64,000 bases of DNA from the human T2T-CHM13v2.0 reference genome, Homo sapiens (GCF_009914755.1 NC_060937.1); one strand, 5' to 3'; positions 16,201 through 31,858 are shown, numbered from the stretch's first letter. Notes: generated by a model from the sequence alone, not told the origin. Program-made: numbers and translations.

Positions 16201-16954
16201 TATAGACTAATTTTTTCCTTCAATTCATTAAAAGCAAATAAACTAACTCTTCAAAGAAAAAAATTAGAATGTGGTGCACTGTATATTTAGAAGTAAAATA
16301 TGTTACAATAATAATACAAAATATGATAAGGAATGCAATGGGATGATACTGCAATTAAATTCTTAGAGTTTACCTGAAATGGTACAACATAACTTTTAGT
16401 AGACTGATAAATTAATTAGACATACTTTAAGCCTCTGGAAAGACCACTAGAAAAATATACAAAAAATTTCTTGTAAAAAGCAAATTGCAGAAGTAACAGA
16501 ATATTCAAACAATTATTTTTAAAAGACATAAAAGAAAAAATAAGCAGATAGAAACAAAAAACAAGTGGAAATAATTTTATTAAATATAAAGAACTAAATA
16601 CTGCAATTTAAAGTTATTCCATGTCAGACTTGCCTATTTTATGCAGAGATAAGCTGAATGGAAAAAGATGAAAAAGGATAAACCATACCAAGTAGAAGCT
16701 CAAAAAAATAGTGGATATATTAATATTGTAAAAAAATAGACTTTAAAAGGAGTGTTACCACAGATTAAGAGAGAACATCATGTAATAAAAGAGTGATTTC
16801 TTTAGAAAAACCTGGCAATATAAATTAGTGCATATCTAATAATAGAGTAGGAAAATATACAAAGTGACAAAAATAAAAACAGAGAAGGTCACAAACATAT
16901 TTAGAGGTTTTTATCACTGCTTCCTCACTAATTAATAAGTACACAAAAAAATCA

Positions 16955-17262
<308 letters not shown>

Positions 17263-17478
17263 AGAAGAAGATTTATGTCTTTGGAACAAGATTGTCAGCA
17301 TGAACTAATTTACATTTATAAGATACTGTTCCCACCAACTGCAGAATATACATTTTTTTCTAATGCACATAGAACATTCAGTAAGCTCTACTATATTTGG
17401 GCCATAAAACCAGACTCAAATTTCAGAATAATAAAATCTTATACAATATTGTTCTCTGTCCATAATGATATAAAATTA

Positions 17479-17790
17479 AACTGAGTACAGTGGCTCACGC
17501 CTGTAATCCCAGCACTTTGGGAGGCCGAGATGGGTGGATCTCCTGAGGTCAGGAGTTCCAGACGAGCCTGACAAATATAGTGAAACCCCGTCTCTACTAA
17601 AAATACAAAAATTAGCTGGGCGTGGTGACAGATGCCTGTAATACCAGCTACTTAGGAGGCTGAGGCAGGAGGATCCCTTGAGCCCAGGAGTTGGAGGTTT
17701 CAGTGAGCTGAAATCATGCCACTGCACTTCAGCCTGGGCGACAGAGTGAGACTCCATCTCAAAAAAATAAAAATAAAATAAAATAAAAAA
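17479..17790 (+). mobile_element. Alu SINE (AluS/J)
   Basis: Full sense Alu dimer with a (TAAAA)n tail. Confidence 0.93.
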
Positions 17791-18035
17791 TCAAGTTAAA
17801 TTAAATTAAAAATCAATAAAAATAAACCTTAAAAGCATCAAATATTTATAAATGATACAAGAACCTATTGAAATAACCCATTTGTCCAAGAAGAAACACA
17901 ATGAAACTTTAAAAATATTTTAAAATAAATGATAATGAAAACTGCACTTGTCAAAATTTGTGACACGCACTTAAAGGAGTACTTAGAAGGAAATTCATAA
18001 TTTACATGTTTATATCAGAAAAGAAGAACAGTTTA

Positions 18036-19266
18036 TGACTAGCCATATGTAGAAATCTGAAACTGGATCTCTTCATTACACCTTATACAAAAATTAATTC
18101 AAGATGGATTAAAGACTTAAACGTTAGACCTAAAACCGTAAAAACCCTAGAAGAAATCCTAGGCAATACCCTTCAGGACATAGGCATGGGTAAAGACTTC
18201 ATGTCTGAAACACCAAAAGCAATGGCAACAAAAGCCAAAATTGACAAATGGGATCTAATTAAACTAAAGAGCTTCTGCACAGCAAAAGAAACTACCATCA
18301 CAGTGAAAAAGCAACGTACAAAATGGGAGAAAATTTTTGCCATCTACTCATCTGACAAAGGGCTAACATCCAGAATCTACAAAGAACTCAAACAAATTTA
18401 CAAGAAAAGGACAAACTACCCCATCAACAAGTGGGCGAAAGATATGAACAGACACTTCCCAAAAGAAGACATTTATGCAGCCAACAGACACATGAAAACA
18501 TGCTCATCACTGGCCATCAGAGAAATGCAAAGCAAAGCCACACTGAGATACCATCTCACACCAGTTAGAATGGCAATCATTAAAAAGTCAGGAAACTACA
18601 GGTGCTGGAGAGGATGTGGAGAAATAGGAACACTTTTACTCTGTTGGTGGGACTGTAAACTAGTTCAACCATTGTGGAAGTCAGTGTGGCAATTCCTCAG
18701 GGATCTAGAACTAGAAATACCATTAGACCCAGCCATCCCATTACTGGGTATATACCCAAAGGATTATAAATCATGCTGCTATAAAGACACATGCACAGGT
18801 GTGTTTATTGCAGCACTATTCACAATAGCAAAGACTTGGAACCAACCCAAATGTCCAACAATGACAGACTGGATTAAGAAAATGTGGCACATATACACCA
18901 TGGAATACTATGCAGCCATAAGAAACGATGAGTTCATGTCCTTTATAGGGACATGGATGAAGCTGGAAACCATCATTCTCAGCAAACTATCACAAGGACA
19001 AAAAACCAAACACTGCATGTTCTCACTCATAGGTGGGAACTGAACAATGAGAACACTTGGACACAGGAAGGGGAACATCACACACTGGGGCCTGTTGTGG
19101 GGGTGGGGAGGGGGGAGGGATAGCATTAGGAGATATACCTAATGTAAATGACGAGTTAATGGGTGCAGCACACCAACATGGCACATGTATACATACGTAA
19201 CAAACCTGCACATTGTGCACATATACCCTAAAACTTAAAGTATAATAAAAAAATAAAAAATAAGAA
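18036..19266 (+). mobile_element. 5'-truncated L1PA (about L1PA4-5): C-terminal part of ORF2 plus 3' UTR
   Basis: ORF 18186-19043 (285 aa) is the L1 ORF2p C-terminus, including the Cys-rich [19 protein letters not shown] segment and ending SLIGGN. It is followed by the G-rich 3' UTR and an A tail. Decayed TSD AAGAACAGTTTA (18024-18035) / AAGAGCAATTTA (19267-19278). Confidence 0.95.
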
Positions 19267-20754
19267 AAGAGCAATTTAAAATTAAGGAGCTTATGTCCAT
19301 ATTAAGAAGCCAAAGAATTATATGACCATCTATGTACCCAAAGAAAATTCATATGAAAAAAACTCTACTCCTGTTCATAATAGAAATACTCATACAAAAA
19401 TAATTGAAGAAAAATGTCTCAGCCTAAGTATGGGCACCTGTAAAAACTTATAGCTAACATCATACTTACTGATGAAGCATTTCTTCTGAGATAGAACAAA
19501 AGGCATATTTTGTCTCAGCTCTTCCATTCAACATTATATCCATGGTCCTGGTTAGCACCATAAGGCAAGACAAATAAATAAATAAATAAATAACTCTTTA
19601 TATAAGGACAGGAAAAAGGAAGTGTTCTTACACAGGAGGTATGATAGACTATTAACGAAATCTTAAGGAGAGTACTAAATCTTTTTAATTAAAAATGAAT
19701 TTAGACAGATTACAGAATAGAAGATTTTTGAAGAAAAATCAGTTGTATTTATACATACTACTGACAATTGGAAATTGAAATTTTAAAAAGTCAATTTACA
19801 TTAACATAAAAAAATTAAGAAATATGCTTGTTAAATGTGCAAGACCTCTATATTTAAAAGATGAAAATATTACTGACTGAAATTAAGGAAGCCAGTGAAT
19901 AACACAATATATTTATACATTGGAAAATGTGATATTTCTAAGACGTCAATTATCTAAAAAAAAAATGTGCTATAGATTCTATGGAAATCCAACCAAAATA
20001 ACAGCATATGTTTACAGCAATTGACAAATTATTTCTAAAATGTACATAAAAACGTAAAGGACCTCGAAGAGCCAAAGATATCTTGACATGAAAATCAGGG
20101 ATATACCTGACTTTCTGGCTATTTATCAGTCCACAATAATCATGCAAGTGTGTGATTGATATAAAAGTAAAGAAATCAGTCAGTGGAACAGAATGGAGAA
20201 TTCAGAAATTAACCTCACAAATACTATCAATTAAACACAGACTTGCTAAGGCCATTCAACTGAGAAATGAAAATCTCAAAACCTGCTGCTGGAAAAAGTG
20301 GATGAACATTGGGGAAAAAAAGCACACACACACACACAATCATATCAAATAAAAAACCTTGATCCTTACTGCAGAGCACAAGCAAATATTAATTTGGAAT
20401 CCTAATAGATCTAATAGTAAAAGTAACATTTTAAATTTTCTCAAAGAAAACATAGAATACTTTTGTAATTAGTAGTCAGTGATTTCTTTGAGAAACATAA
20501 AACACTAAGCTTTTATGAAAAATATATAAATCGGATATTAACAAAATTTAATTCTTTTTCATTTTATAGCACCATTAAGAAAATAAAAATCAAGCCTCAC
20601 ATTGAGAGGAAATGTTCCCATATCTAATAGGTATAACACTTATGAAGGACTTATATCCTAACTTCTAACCTGTAACATGTAACCATAGATAATATATATT
20701 ATATATTATATGACATACATAATACATAGAATTGACATAAAGAATATATAATCT

Positions 20755-21054
20755 CACCCGGTGCGCTGGCTCATGCCTGTAATTCTAGCAATTTGGGAGG
20801 CCAAGATGGGCAGATCACGAGGTCAGGAGTTTGACACTAGCCAGGCCAATATGATGAAACCCTGTCTCTACTAAAAATACAGAAATTAGCCAGGCATGGT
20901 GGTGCGTGCCTGTAGTCCCAGCTACGGGCGGGCGGGGGAGGGGGCTGGGGGGGCTGAAGCAGAAGAATCGCTTGAACCCCGGAGACGGATGTTGCAGTGA
21001 GCTGAGATCGCGCCACTGCACTCCAGTCTGGGTGACACAGTGAGACTCCATCTC

Positions 21055-21082
<28 letters not shown>
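20755..21082 (+). mobile_element. Alu SINE (AluSg-like) with an internal G-rich expansion
   Basis: Sense Alu dimer; long A tail running into (TA)n. Confidence 0.93.
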
Positions 21083-21118
<36 letters not shown>

Positions 21119-21550
21119 CTATATATATAATCTTATATATAAGTTGACATTTTGTTACTGATATATAGAATATTATATAAACTATATGTTTTATCGTATA
21201 CTAAATTATATTATATATTACATATTATATAATTTATAATATGTTATATATATATTTACACATACTTATAGATAACCATATATCAATATATAGTTATATT
21301 TATATAGCTAATTTATAATTTATACAAAATTATAAATAAAGTAGCCCAGAGTGGTCTACTTTTTGGTGCCGCTCAGCTGTCGTGCAAGTAGAGCACTTGC
21401 AGTCAAGACTCCAACTGCCCTTCATTTATATTACATTATACTATAGTATGCTACATTTTACATTAACTGTTTAATATATTGCACTCATATTTACATATTT
21501 ATCACATATTATGTCATATAAAATAGATATGTAGAATATATGAACTATGT
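21083..21550. repeat. (TA)n microsatellite and TA-rich low-complexity tract
   Basis: Perfect (TA)n at about 21083-21112, then degenerate TA-rich sequence interrupted by an 82-bp GC-balanced insert at 21341-21422. Confidence 0.85.
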
Positions 21551-21909
21551 ATCAAAAATTAAAAAGCAAAAACCCAATTTGACTTTGGCCATGATGTGAA
21601 AGAATTAGAAAATGCATATACGTTGAGGATAACAGAAAAGAATTTTAAAAATCAGCATTGATAGTCTTTTTATAAAGTCCAACTTACACTGACTTCGAGA
21701 CCACGTAATTCCACACCCAACTACTTACACAAGAGAAATAAAGGTATAGCTCCAGAAAAATAATTTACACATTACTTATGTTTATAGAATCATTATTAAT
21801 AATAGCAAAACACTGAAAGCAAATCAAATGTCCATCAGCATGAGAATGGATAAAATGGGATATATTGATATACTGCAATATTCATCAATAATAAAAGACT
21901 GATACATGG

Positions 21910-22211
21910 GGCTGGGCACAATGGCTGACACCTGTAATCCCAACACTGGGAGACCTAGGTGACAGGATCCCTTGAGCCCAGGAGCATGAGACCAGCCTAG
22001 ACAACATACATAGTAAGACTCCATCTTCACAAAAAATACAAAAATTAGCCAGGCATGGTGGCTTGCGCTTGTGGTCCCAGCTACTTGGGAGGCTGAGGTG
22101 AGAGGATCGCTTGAGCCCAGGAGTCCATGCCTGCGGTGAGCTAGGATAGAGCCACTGTACTCCAGCATGGGCAACAGAGTGAGACCCCATTTCTAAAATA
22201 AAATAAAATAA
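21910..22211 (+). mobile_element. AluJ
   Basis: J-type GGATCCCTTGAGCCCAGGAG / GGATCGCTTGAGCCCAGGAG in the two arms; flanking repeat AAGACTGATA. Confidence 0.9.
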
Positions 22212-22710
22212 GACTGATATATAGGAAGACATGGCTGAATTTTATAAACATTTTTTGAAAGGAATATTTCAGTTGCAAAATAGTAAGTCTGATTTCATAT
22301 ACATGAATTTTTAGATTAGACAACCTTAATTTTTGATAGAAAATCTGAACTATGGGGTGATGACAAAAACTGGATGGAGCCATAAGGGAAGTTTGTAGGG
22401 TGATGGAAACGTTTCTGTTTTGATTGGGGTATAGGGTACATGATGTATACATTAGTCAAAACTCACAGAATTGTCACCTAATCTGTGCATTTCCTTGTAT
22501 GTAAATTTTACCTTAATTGAAAAAGTAGATGAAAAGAAGACTAGATACAAATATTAAGAAGACGTAACATCCTATTGCAATATATGGACTTTCTTTGTAT
22601 TCAGATCCAAAAAAGTAATATGTTAAAAATCACTTGTAAGACCCTTATAATATGAATACTGGAAAAACATTATGAGGTTATCATTCATTTCTTAGTGTGA
22701 AAGTGGTATT

Positions 22711-23320
22711 TTCAGGGCAGTTCTTCACATGGTCTTGGACTGACTTAGTTTTCCCCGCCTTCTTGCTTACAGTTCTCAACAACAAGTGTAGAATGTGCTA
22801 GGAATGCAATATGCTTAGGCAGAGAGAAACTGCCTGGGACTTGTCTCTGTCTCCTAGGAAATGTAACATCTTAAGTTAGGGAGAAACTATCTGGAACTAA
22901 CTGGGGCTTTGTTCCTCTCTCCCTTGGAAGCAGGGTGGCCTTCAAAGCTTTGCCCAGTGAGTCACATGCTCCTGAGTTAGTAGCCCAGGGTGGTCTACTT
23001 TTTGGTGTCCCTCAGCTGTCATGCAAGTGGACCATGTCAGTTGAGACTCCATCTGCCTTGGGCAACTTTCTGAACCTTGAGGATCAGCTCACAGTGGATC
23101 CAACACTTCTTATTTCCCTTCCTACCCATCTATAATTAATAAACCTGCTTTAAATAACTGTTGCACATGAATGTGTTCCTTCTCATATTGGTAACAGTGC
23201 AGCCCAGGCTGCAGCAGGTGGAAGAGTTTGGACTCCAATTCCTGGTGATTCACATGATGATGATCTCTGCAATCTGCCCCACAATGGGGGTCCTCTTTTG
23301 GTGAAGCTGCTTCCCAGTAT
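22711..23320 (+). mobile_element. ERVL-class LTR (MER54/MER73-like)
   Basis: Starts CAGGGCAGTTCTTCACATGGTCTTGGACTGAC; contains GTAGAATGTGCTAGGAATGCAA and AATAAA (about 23138). The 3' boundary is uncertain. Confidence 0.7.
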
Positions 23321-25120
23321 TATGCTGCATTTTTTTGAAGTCCTTATATTTTAGAAACATATACTGACATACTATATGGTGTCTGACATTTGGGAATACT
23401 AATTGCATTAGATGAAGATAAACTAAGATTGGCCATGTATGAATAATGAGTGTAATGAGTACATTATACCACACTGTATAGTTTTATTTATGTTTTAGAA
23501 GTTATGTAATATTTTTAAAAGCATAATTTATTGACTGTGCGTAGCATTGTGGGTACAAATATTTAGAAGACTCAGTTATTTTCAAGGAACTATAACTTAG
23601 ATGAAATGCCAAGTGATATTAAAACCAGCTGAAATAATTTCACACAATTACTTTTATATGATAAGAGATTTTGTCAGAAGACCAAAGATCCTGACTGGTT
23701 GAAAACCAGCACCAATGGAAAAAACATTCTTGAGTTGGGTCTAAGTGGGACAAGGAGGTTGAAGAGTGAGGGCAAGAATGTCACAAAAAGAGGGGAAGCC
23801 AAAAAAAAAAAAAAAAGAAAAAAGAGAAAACACGGGATTCAGACTTCATACTTGGCCTTACCCTGAATTTGCCAATAGAAAATCAGTTCAGGGACAAGCT
23901 CCACCTTGCTAATCAATACACACAGCTTGCCTATGACTGTTCAGGATCCATATTGCATACTTTGATTTAATAAAAAGAGAACAGTCAGGTTCTAGAAAAA
24001 AAAACCTTATGAAAGGAGTAAGATTTTTTTTTAAAGGACAGGCATAAGGATCTGAAATAAAATGAAATTAGACAAATTTGAATTGTAAAATGAGACGATT
24101 TTTCCAGATGGGAAAAAAGACTTGGGGCACAAAGAAAGGTGATCAGTCATTTGTAGTATCACTACCTGGCAGAATATGCTTTAGCTTAGTAGATAAACCC
24201 TAGCTGTGATATAAACTTATGTTCTAAGAAATTTTTTTAATCATTTTATGATGCACAGGGAGGCTATGAATGGTTTAACGATGTCCCAAGATCTTTAACT
24301 ACTTTATCCATGAAATTGCTCAACCCAGCCCAGTCCAGGCAGGAGCATCTTCCTCCATGAACTTCAAATAGTGTACTATTCTATTTTGCCACAACATGAA
24401 AAAAACATTGTGAAATATTGTTCTAATTGAAGGCTTAGGAAGTTCCAAAGGATTCCTGGGCTACTCCATTTTTCCTCCCTGAATGGAAGGATAAGAGGCA
24501 CCTGTTGAAATGTGGCTGAGGAAAAACCAAGCTCAGGTATTGGGGTTCAGTTGCACTTTACCTTGGCCATGAGGGCCAATTCAAATTTCGTTACTGGTAA
24601 TTAATGTAAACACTCCTATATCAGCTTGTAGTTTTGAATCTAATGCTTGTATTTGAGTGATTTTTCCCTAGGAAGTATGTAATATATAAAAGAAATATAT
24701 TGATATTAATTGTGTCTTATGTAATGATATTTCCATATTGTTTTCTCAACTAAGTATGCCAGCCTTTCTGCACATCAGCAAAGCATAGCCAAGCAAACCA
24801 ACAGCAGAGTTCTGAATTCTTAGTAACTCCTTTTAGTCAGCTATTCTGTACACAAAGGCACTGTAGAAAGGACATTTTAAAAATTGTATGCATTATTACA
24901 TTCCTTTGTTTAACTTTTCTCTTTTTTGTCTGTCATATCACCTTTAAGTAAAAACAGTGGAGGTCACTATTGGTTGGCTGACTAACCCTATGGACAAATA
25001 CTTTCTCCAAATTTAGCTTCCAATCATTGGTCTAAAGTTGCCCAAAAAAGTATATTCTGGCCAATAAAATATAAACACCTTTGTGAAGTATGGCTTCCAT
25101 GAAAGTCTATTATGGGGCAA

Positions 25121-25646
25121 ATAGGCTGTGAAATTACTGTGTCTGTCTTTGTTCTTCTCCTGGATTGCAATGCCCTAAGTGATGTTGAAGGTGAAGCAGG
25201 CACCTTGCGACCACAGAAAAGCTCACTCCACTTGAAAAATAACAGAGAAAGGAATTCTAAAGGATGCTCATGTGCCTGATAACACTGGGGCTCTTGTATT
25301 AGCCCAGACTATTTCAAACTTCTGGATATGTAGAGGCAGAAAAAAAAAAAAGAGCAACTGTTTAAGACAGTTTATCAGGTTGGCGGTTGTGAATACCCAG
25401 TTCTTCTGTCTGAACAGATTTTTAAATGCTTCTGTTACAGGTTCAATTTATAGTCTCTCTAAAAAAAAAAAAAAATAATAGTTGGTCAATCTACTGGCTT
25501 GTTTTAGGAGGTAAGAGTGATAGTTTTCTTAATAATTAGTGGGGACATTAAGGTGAAAAGGTTTTCATTGCCTGCTTCATCTTCAACATCACTTAGTGCA
25601 CTCCAGGTCAGAGAAGAACAAAGGACAAAATGTTTTCACAGCCTAT
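25121..25646. repeat. Inverted repeat, arms 25121-25202 and 25569-25646, in MLT1-like sequence
   Basis: 25175-25202 is the reverse complement of 25569-25596 at 27 of 28 nt. CTTTGTTCTTCTC/GAGAAGAACAAAG and ATAGGCTGTGAA/TTCACAGCCTAT also pair, in collinear order. Confidence 0.85.
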
Positions 25647-26300
25647 GTTTCCCTTTATGGGTTCTTAGAAGCCTCATTCTGTGAAGTCAACTTATATCTC
25701 ACTGGTTGGAGCAGAGTTATCTGGACACCCTTAAAGCAGTAATTACTATTTTGGACACCGTTAGTGACAGGAAAGAGAAGAGCAGGTAATCACTGGTGAG
25801 GCAAACCTTGCTCAATTTCTCCATGAGGTGCTGTGTCTATATGTGCACATGGGGTCAGTATTCGAAATTAAAACAAGTCTCAAATGAAAACAGTTCTAGA
25901 GCCACATTTCTTAATTCAGCTTGGTCCCACACAGATAATTTCAAATATTCTTATTTTACAAAATCCTGCTAATAATGAATGTCAGAGTATAATAGGCTAA
26001 GAAATTGGGCATATTAAAATAGCAAATTTATTGAAATCTGAAAGCAAACTGAATATTATGAAAGAATAATTCAGTGCCTAAATCAAAGTTTTTGTTAAAA
26101 GCAATATACAATTTTTTTCCTACCTCAAAATTACAGGTATTAATATGATATAGTGTCATAGAAGCAAATTTGAAAAATCCTGTGAGGTCATAATAGGCCA
26201 GACTCCCAAACATTTTTTCACATTTTTATATTTTCTAATCCTCTGAATATTTATTATATTTACAAAATAATTTAAAAGATAGAGAAAATACATCTTTTTG

Positions 26301-26690
<390 letters not shown>

Positions 26691-27032
26691 TTATCCATAC
26701 CTTACATTTCTACTCTAGTGAAGGAGTAGGGTACTACCATTGTATCTTAACAAATCTGTAAGCTCACACAGCGTATGTTGACAGGGCCTTAAGGAAAGAG
26801 AATTAATAACACATAGTACTCAGAGATTGAAGCAGGAAAACAAAGTTTCTTACCCTGGCAAAGAAGTGCTGTGTTTCAGAGAGCCTTGCAGATGAGCTGT
26901 GTAAGCCAAACTCAAAAGGGAGTTAGGGCCGGAAGTGGCGACAAGGTCAAATTTCATCAGCAACAGAATCATGTCTAGGTAAGTCTCTCAATAGATAATT
27001 GCTTGAATAAAATCTTAGCTACTCTTCTAGAT

Positions 27033-27332
27033 TTTACTTTTTAATTTTTTTTGAGAGAGTCTCCCTCTGTCGCCCAAGGTGGAATGCAGTGGTGCGATCT
27101 CGGGCCACTACAACAACTGCCTCCCAGGTTCAAGTGATTCTCCTGCCTCAGCCTTATGAGTAGCTGGGATTAGAGGCACATGCCACTAGGCCCAGCTAAT
27201 TTTTATATTTTTAGTGAAGACAATGTTTCACCGTGTTGGCCAGGCTGGTCTTGAACTCCTGACCTCAAGTGATCCACCCACCTCAGCCTCCCAAAGTGCC
27301 CGGATTACAGGCGTGAGCCACTGCACCTGGCC
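27033..27332 (-). mobile_element. Alu SINE (AluSx-like)
   Basis: Full antisense Alu dimer. Confidence 0.94.
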
Positions 27333-28553
27333 CATTTCCTTCTTGGTAAATTGATATTGTAGATCAGCTCATTCTGCCATTACTACTATTCTCATGCTAT
27401 GACATAGGCAGGGAGCATATATCCAGACAATTTATAACAGAAGTCAGGATTAAAAACTCAAGAATTTTCTTCCCAGAATTCATTGACTCAGTTACTACTA
27501 TTCCAGGTAAAATTTAGAGTTAATGTACAGTTTGACTTCTTTTCAGCCCATTCTACTTCAAAGAATAAAAATTAACATTCACAATTTGGACATTAACAAT
27601 TTGCACATTCCCTATCCATAGAGAATAGGAATAAAGACAAATGGATTAATTTGTTTCCAAAAGCAAGTTGCTTGCAGAAATTCACATTGCTCCTACTATT
27701 TATTTATTCTTTCAAAAATTCTCATTGAGATCCAACAAGAGCCAGAAATTATGTTCAGCACAGGTTATGAAATGACAAAGTATCAACTATACCAAGAAAC
27801 CTATATCAGGGCTGCACATTTTTCTCCTGGGTCCACAAGTATAGTAAAACCTGACAGCACAATGTGGCAAGTGTTAGGACAGAAATATACATTTGGTACT
27901 ATGAAGGTACTGAGGACAGAGAACTAAATGTTCTGGAACTGGAAAGGAGAGGCAAGGGTGGTGAGTGGTACCATTAAACCATTTTTGGTGGAACAGATGA
28001 AAGCAGCCTTGGTCTTTAGTAAACCAAAATTGTCCTGAGTTTATGGCTTAATAATAATATATTCTCAAGAAAAATTTCTCACAAACCCATGCTGTATACA
28101 TCTATACAAACACAAAGGAGAGATATATTAAAAGTATACATGAATTAGAAGATATTGGAAGTTAGTTAAAGTAACTTTATTCAGCAGTCAAAACATTATA
28201 GAGTTCGTTAATATGAGTATTGAGTAGCACCCAGGTTGTTTCCAAGTTAGATTAAGGATGTTGTCTTCAACTTGTGTTTGTACCTTTCTTCCCGTAGCAA
28301 TGACATATTATCATCAGTAAGACTACAAAATCTTTTGAAATAGCTGGGTTTAAACAATACCATGTTAAAACACTCACATTGAAATATCATTTCCTATAGT
28401 TCCTCTTCCTCTTTACTTCTACTGATACCTACATATGAACCAATCCCTTGTTTTGTTATCTCAGAGTTAAGAGCAACATTAATTTAAGAGAAATCAGGTA
28501 AAACAAACAAACAAACAAACAAAGGCCTATCGACAATTTTTTGGTTGACTTGA

Positions 28554-30198
<1,645 letters not shown>

Positions 30199-30320
30199 TA
30201 AAGTAGAGACAGGGTTTCACTGTGTTGGCCAGGCTGGTCTCGAACTTCTGACCTCAAGTGATCCACTCTGCTTTGGCCTCCCAAAGTGCTGGGATTACAG
30301 GCATGAGCCACTGTGTGCCA
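30199..30320 (-). mobile_element. AluS left arm (second half of the split Alu)
   Basis: Resumes exactly at the duplicated TAAAGTAGAGACAGGG; second Alu TSD copy TGACTTGAAGATTTT at 30321-30335. Confidence 0.93.
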
Positions 30321-31328
30321 TGACTTGAAGATTTTTCTGATAGAACTGCTTTTTTACAGAATATGTTATTTCAACTATTTTCCTTAGTCAAAAAGATGAA
30401 TCCCATAATAACTGAAGTTTAAAATGTATGGATATTTTTTGAACATAGAGGCTACACTCAAGTTTTATGTAATGTTCATTCATAAAGAGCTCACAGATCT
30501 CTGTTAAAATTTTGAAATTGATCAAACACAATCAACTTTATTATTATTAAAGATTATAATAAAATGCCAATCATAACAAATTAATTTTTGATAACTACTA
30601 GTCAGCTTTGTTTGAAATGATTTAGGATTAGTATTTAACTAATCTCAAACTAAGTATGAGCTTGTTGATTTTGATGTTTGAAAACTGCTTACTACAGTTT
30701 GCCTTAAGACAAAATAAGAAAAGAAACTTGGTTAAACCAGAGAGAATGTTAAAAATCATGACCAGGGAAGTTTTATATTTGAAGGCTTTTATAAAATATT
30801 TACCCACAAACAAATACAATGAAGGGATCACAACATTACAACACTTAGATTCTTCAGATGCCAATCTCAGTCAGAGCTGCCCTAGGCCTCTCTCAAGAGA
30901 AAGTTACACATCAAAGGAAAGGTGATAAAGTTCTCATCAAATAGTTAAAAAACTCTGCAATTCTCCTTGACTTTCCATTCTCAAGATGGTTTAGAAGTGA
31001 TTGAAATAGGTAACATTCTGTCCAAATAGTGTTATGTGAAAGGAATTTCTAAAGGAAACCTATCTGCTGCCAACAATTTGCCCACATAGTTTTCATTTGG
31101 TCTTTGTATGTAGCATCATTATTCAAGTAATATTTATTGATTTATGAACATTCTTAATTGGCTAGATTCTCTATGAGTTATAATTAAGAAAATATAGTAC
31201 CTCACATTAAAAAACTTTCTGAAACCAAAATTTTTATTTTTAAAAAATATATAATTTTCAATAATTGTCAGATTATTATTGTACATTATTTGCCTTCAAG
31301 TGTTGAGTATTAAGAAAATAAACAAATG

Positions 31329-31615
31329 GGCCGGGCGCTGTGGCTCACACCTGTAATACCGGCACTTTGGAAGGCCGAGGCGGGCAGATCACGAGGTCAA
31401 GGGATCGAGGCCATCCTGCCCAACCAACATGGTGAAACCCCATCTCTACTAAAAATATAAAAATTAGCTGGGCGTAGTGGCGCACGCCTGTAGCCCCAGT
31501 TACTCAGGTGGCTGAGGCAGGAGAATTGCTTGAATCCAGAAGGCGGAGGTTGCAGTGAGCCGAGATCGCGCCACTGCACTCTAGCCCAGGCAACGGAGCG
31601 AGACTCCATCTCAAA

Positions 31616-31650
<35 letters not shown>

Positions 31651-31651
31651 A
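31329..31651 (+). mobile_element. Alu SINE (AluSc-like) with (TAAA)n tail
   Basis: Full sense Alu; tetranucleotide tail at about 31613-31651. Confidence 0.95.
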
Positions 31652-31858
31652 TACATGTTATGCCATTTCAAGTTTGTTTTTTATATCTTCAAAATGCTGG
31701 ACAATTGTGTATATTACCTGGCTGACTGGCTATTTTATTCAAGCACTTAAGAAAATTACAATACAGTTGTTTATCACACGCACCTTCTCCATTGGTTCAG
31801 GTGGGTTCTTATAGTTTTTCTCTTCTGTGGAAAGAGATGACTGCAGACTTGATTATGA

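Noticed and set aside
18186-19043. 285-aa ORF, the longest in the window
   Set aside because: It is the C-terminal fragment of L1 ORF2p in a 5'-truncated L1PA, with no promoter, endonuclease or RT domain.
30656-30925. 89-aa ORF downstream of the KRT18 retrocopy
   Set aside because: Weak splice signals and no recognisable product; cannot be supported as a coding exon from sequence alone.
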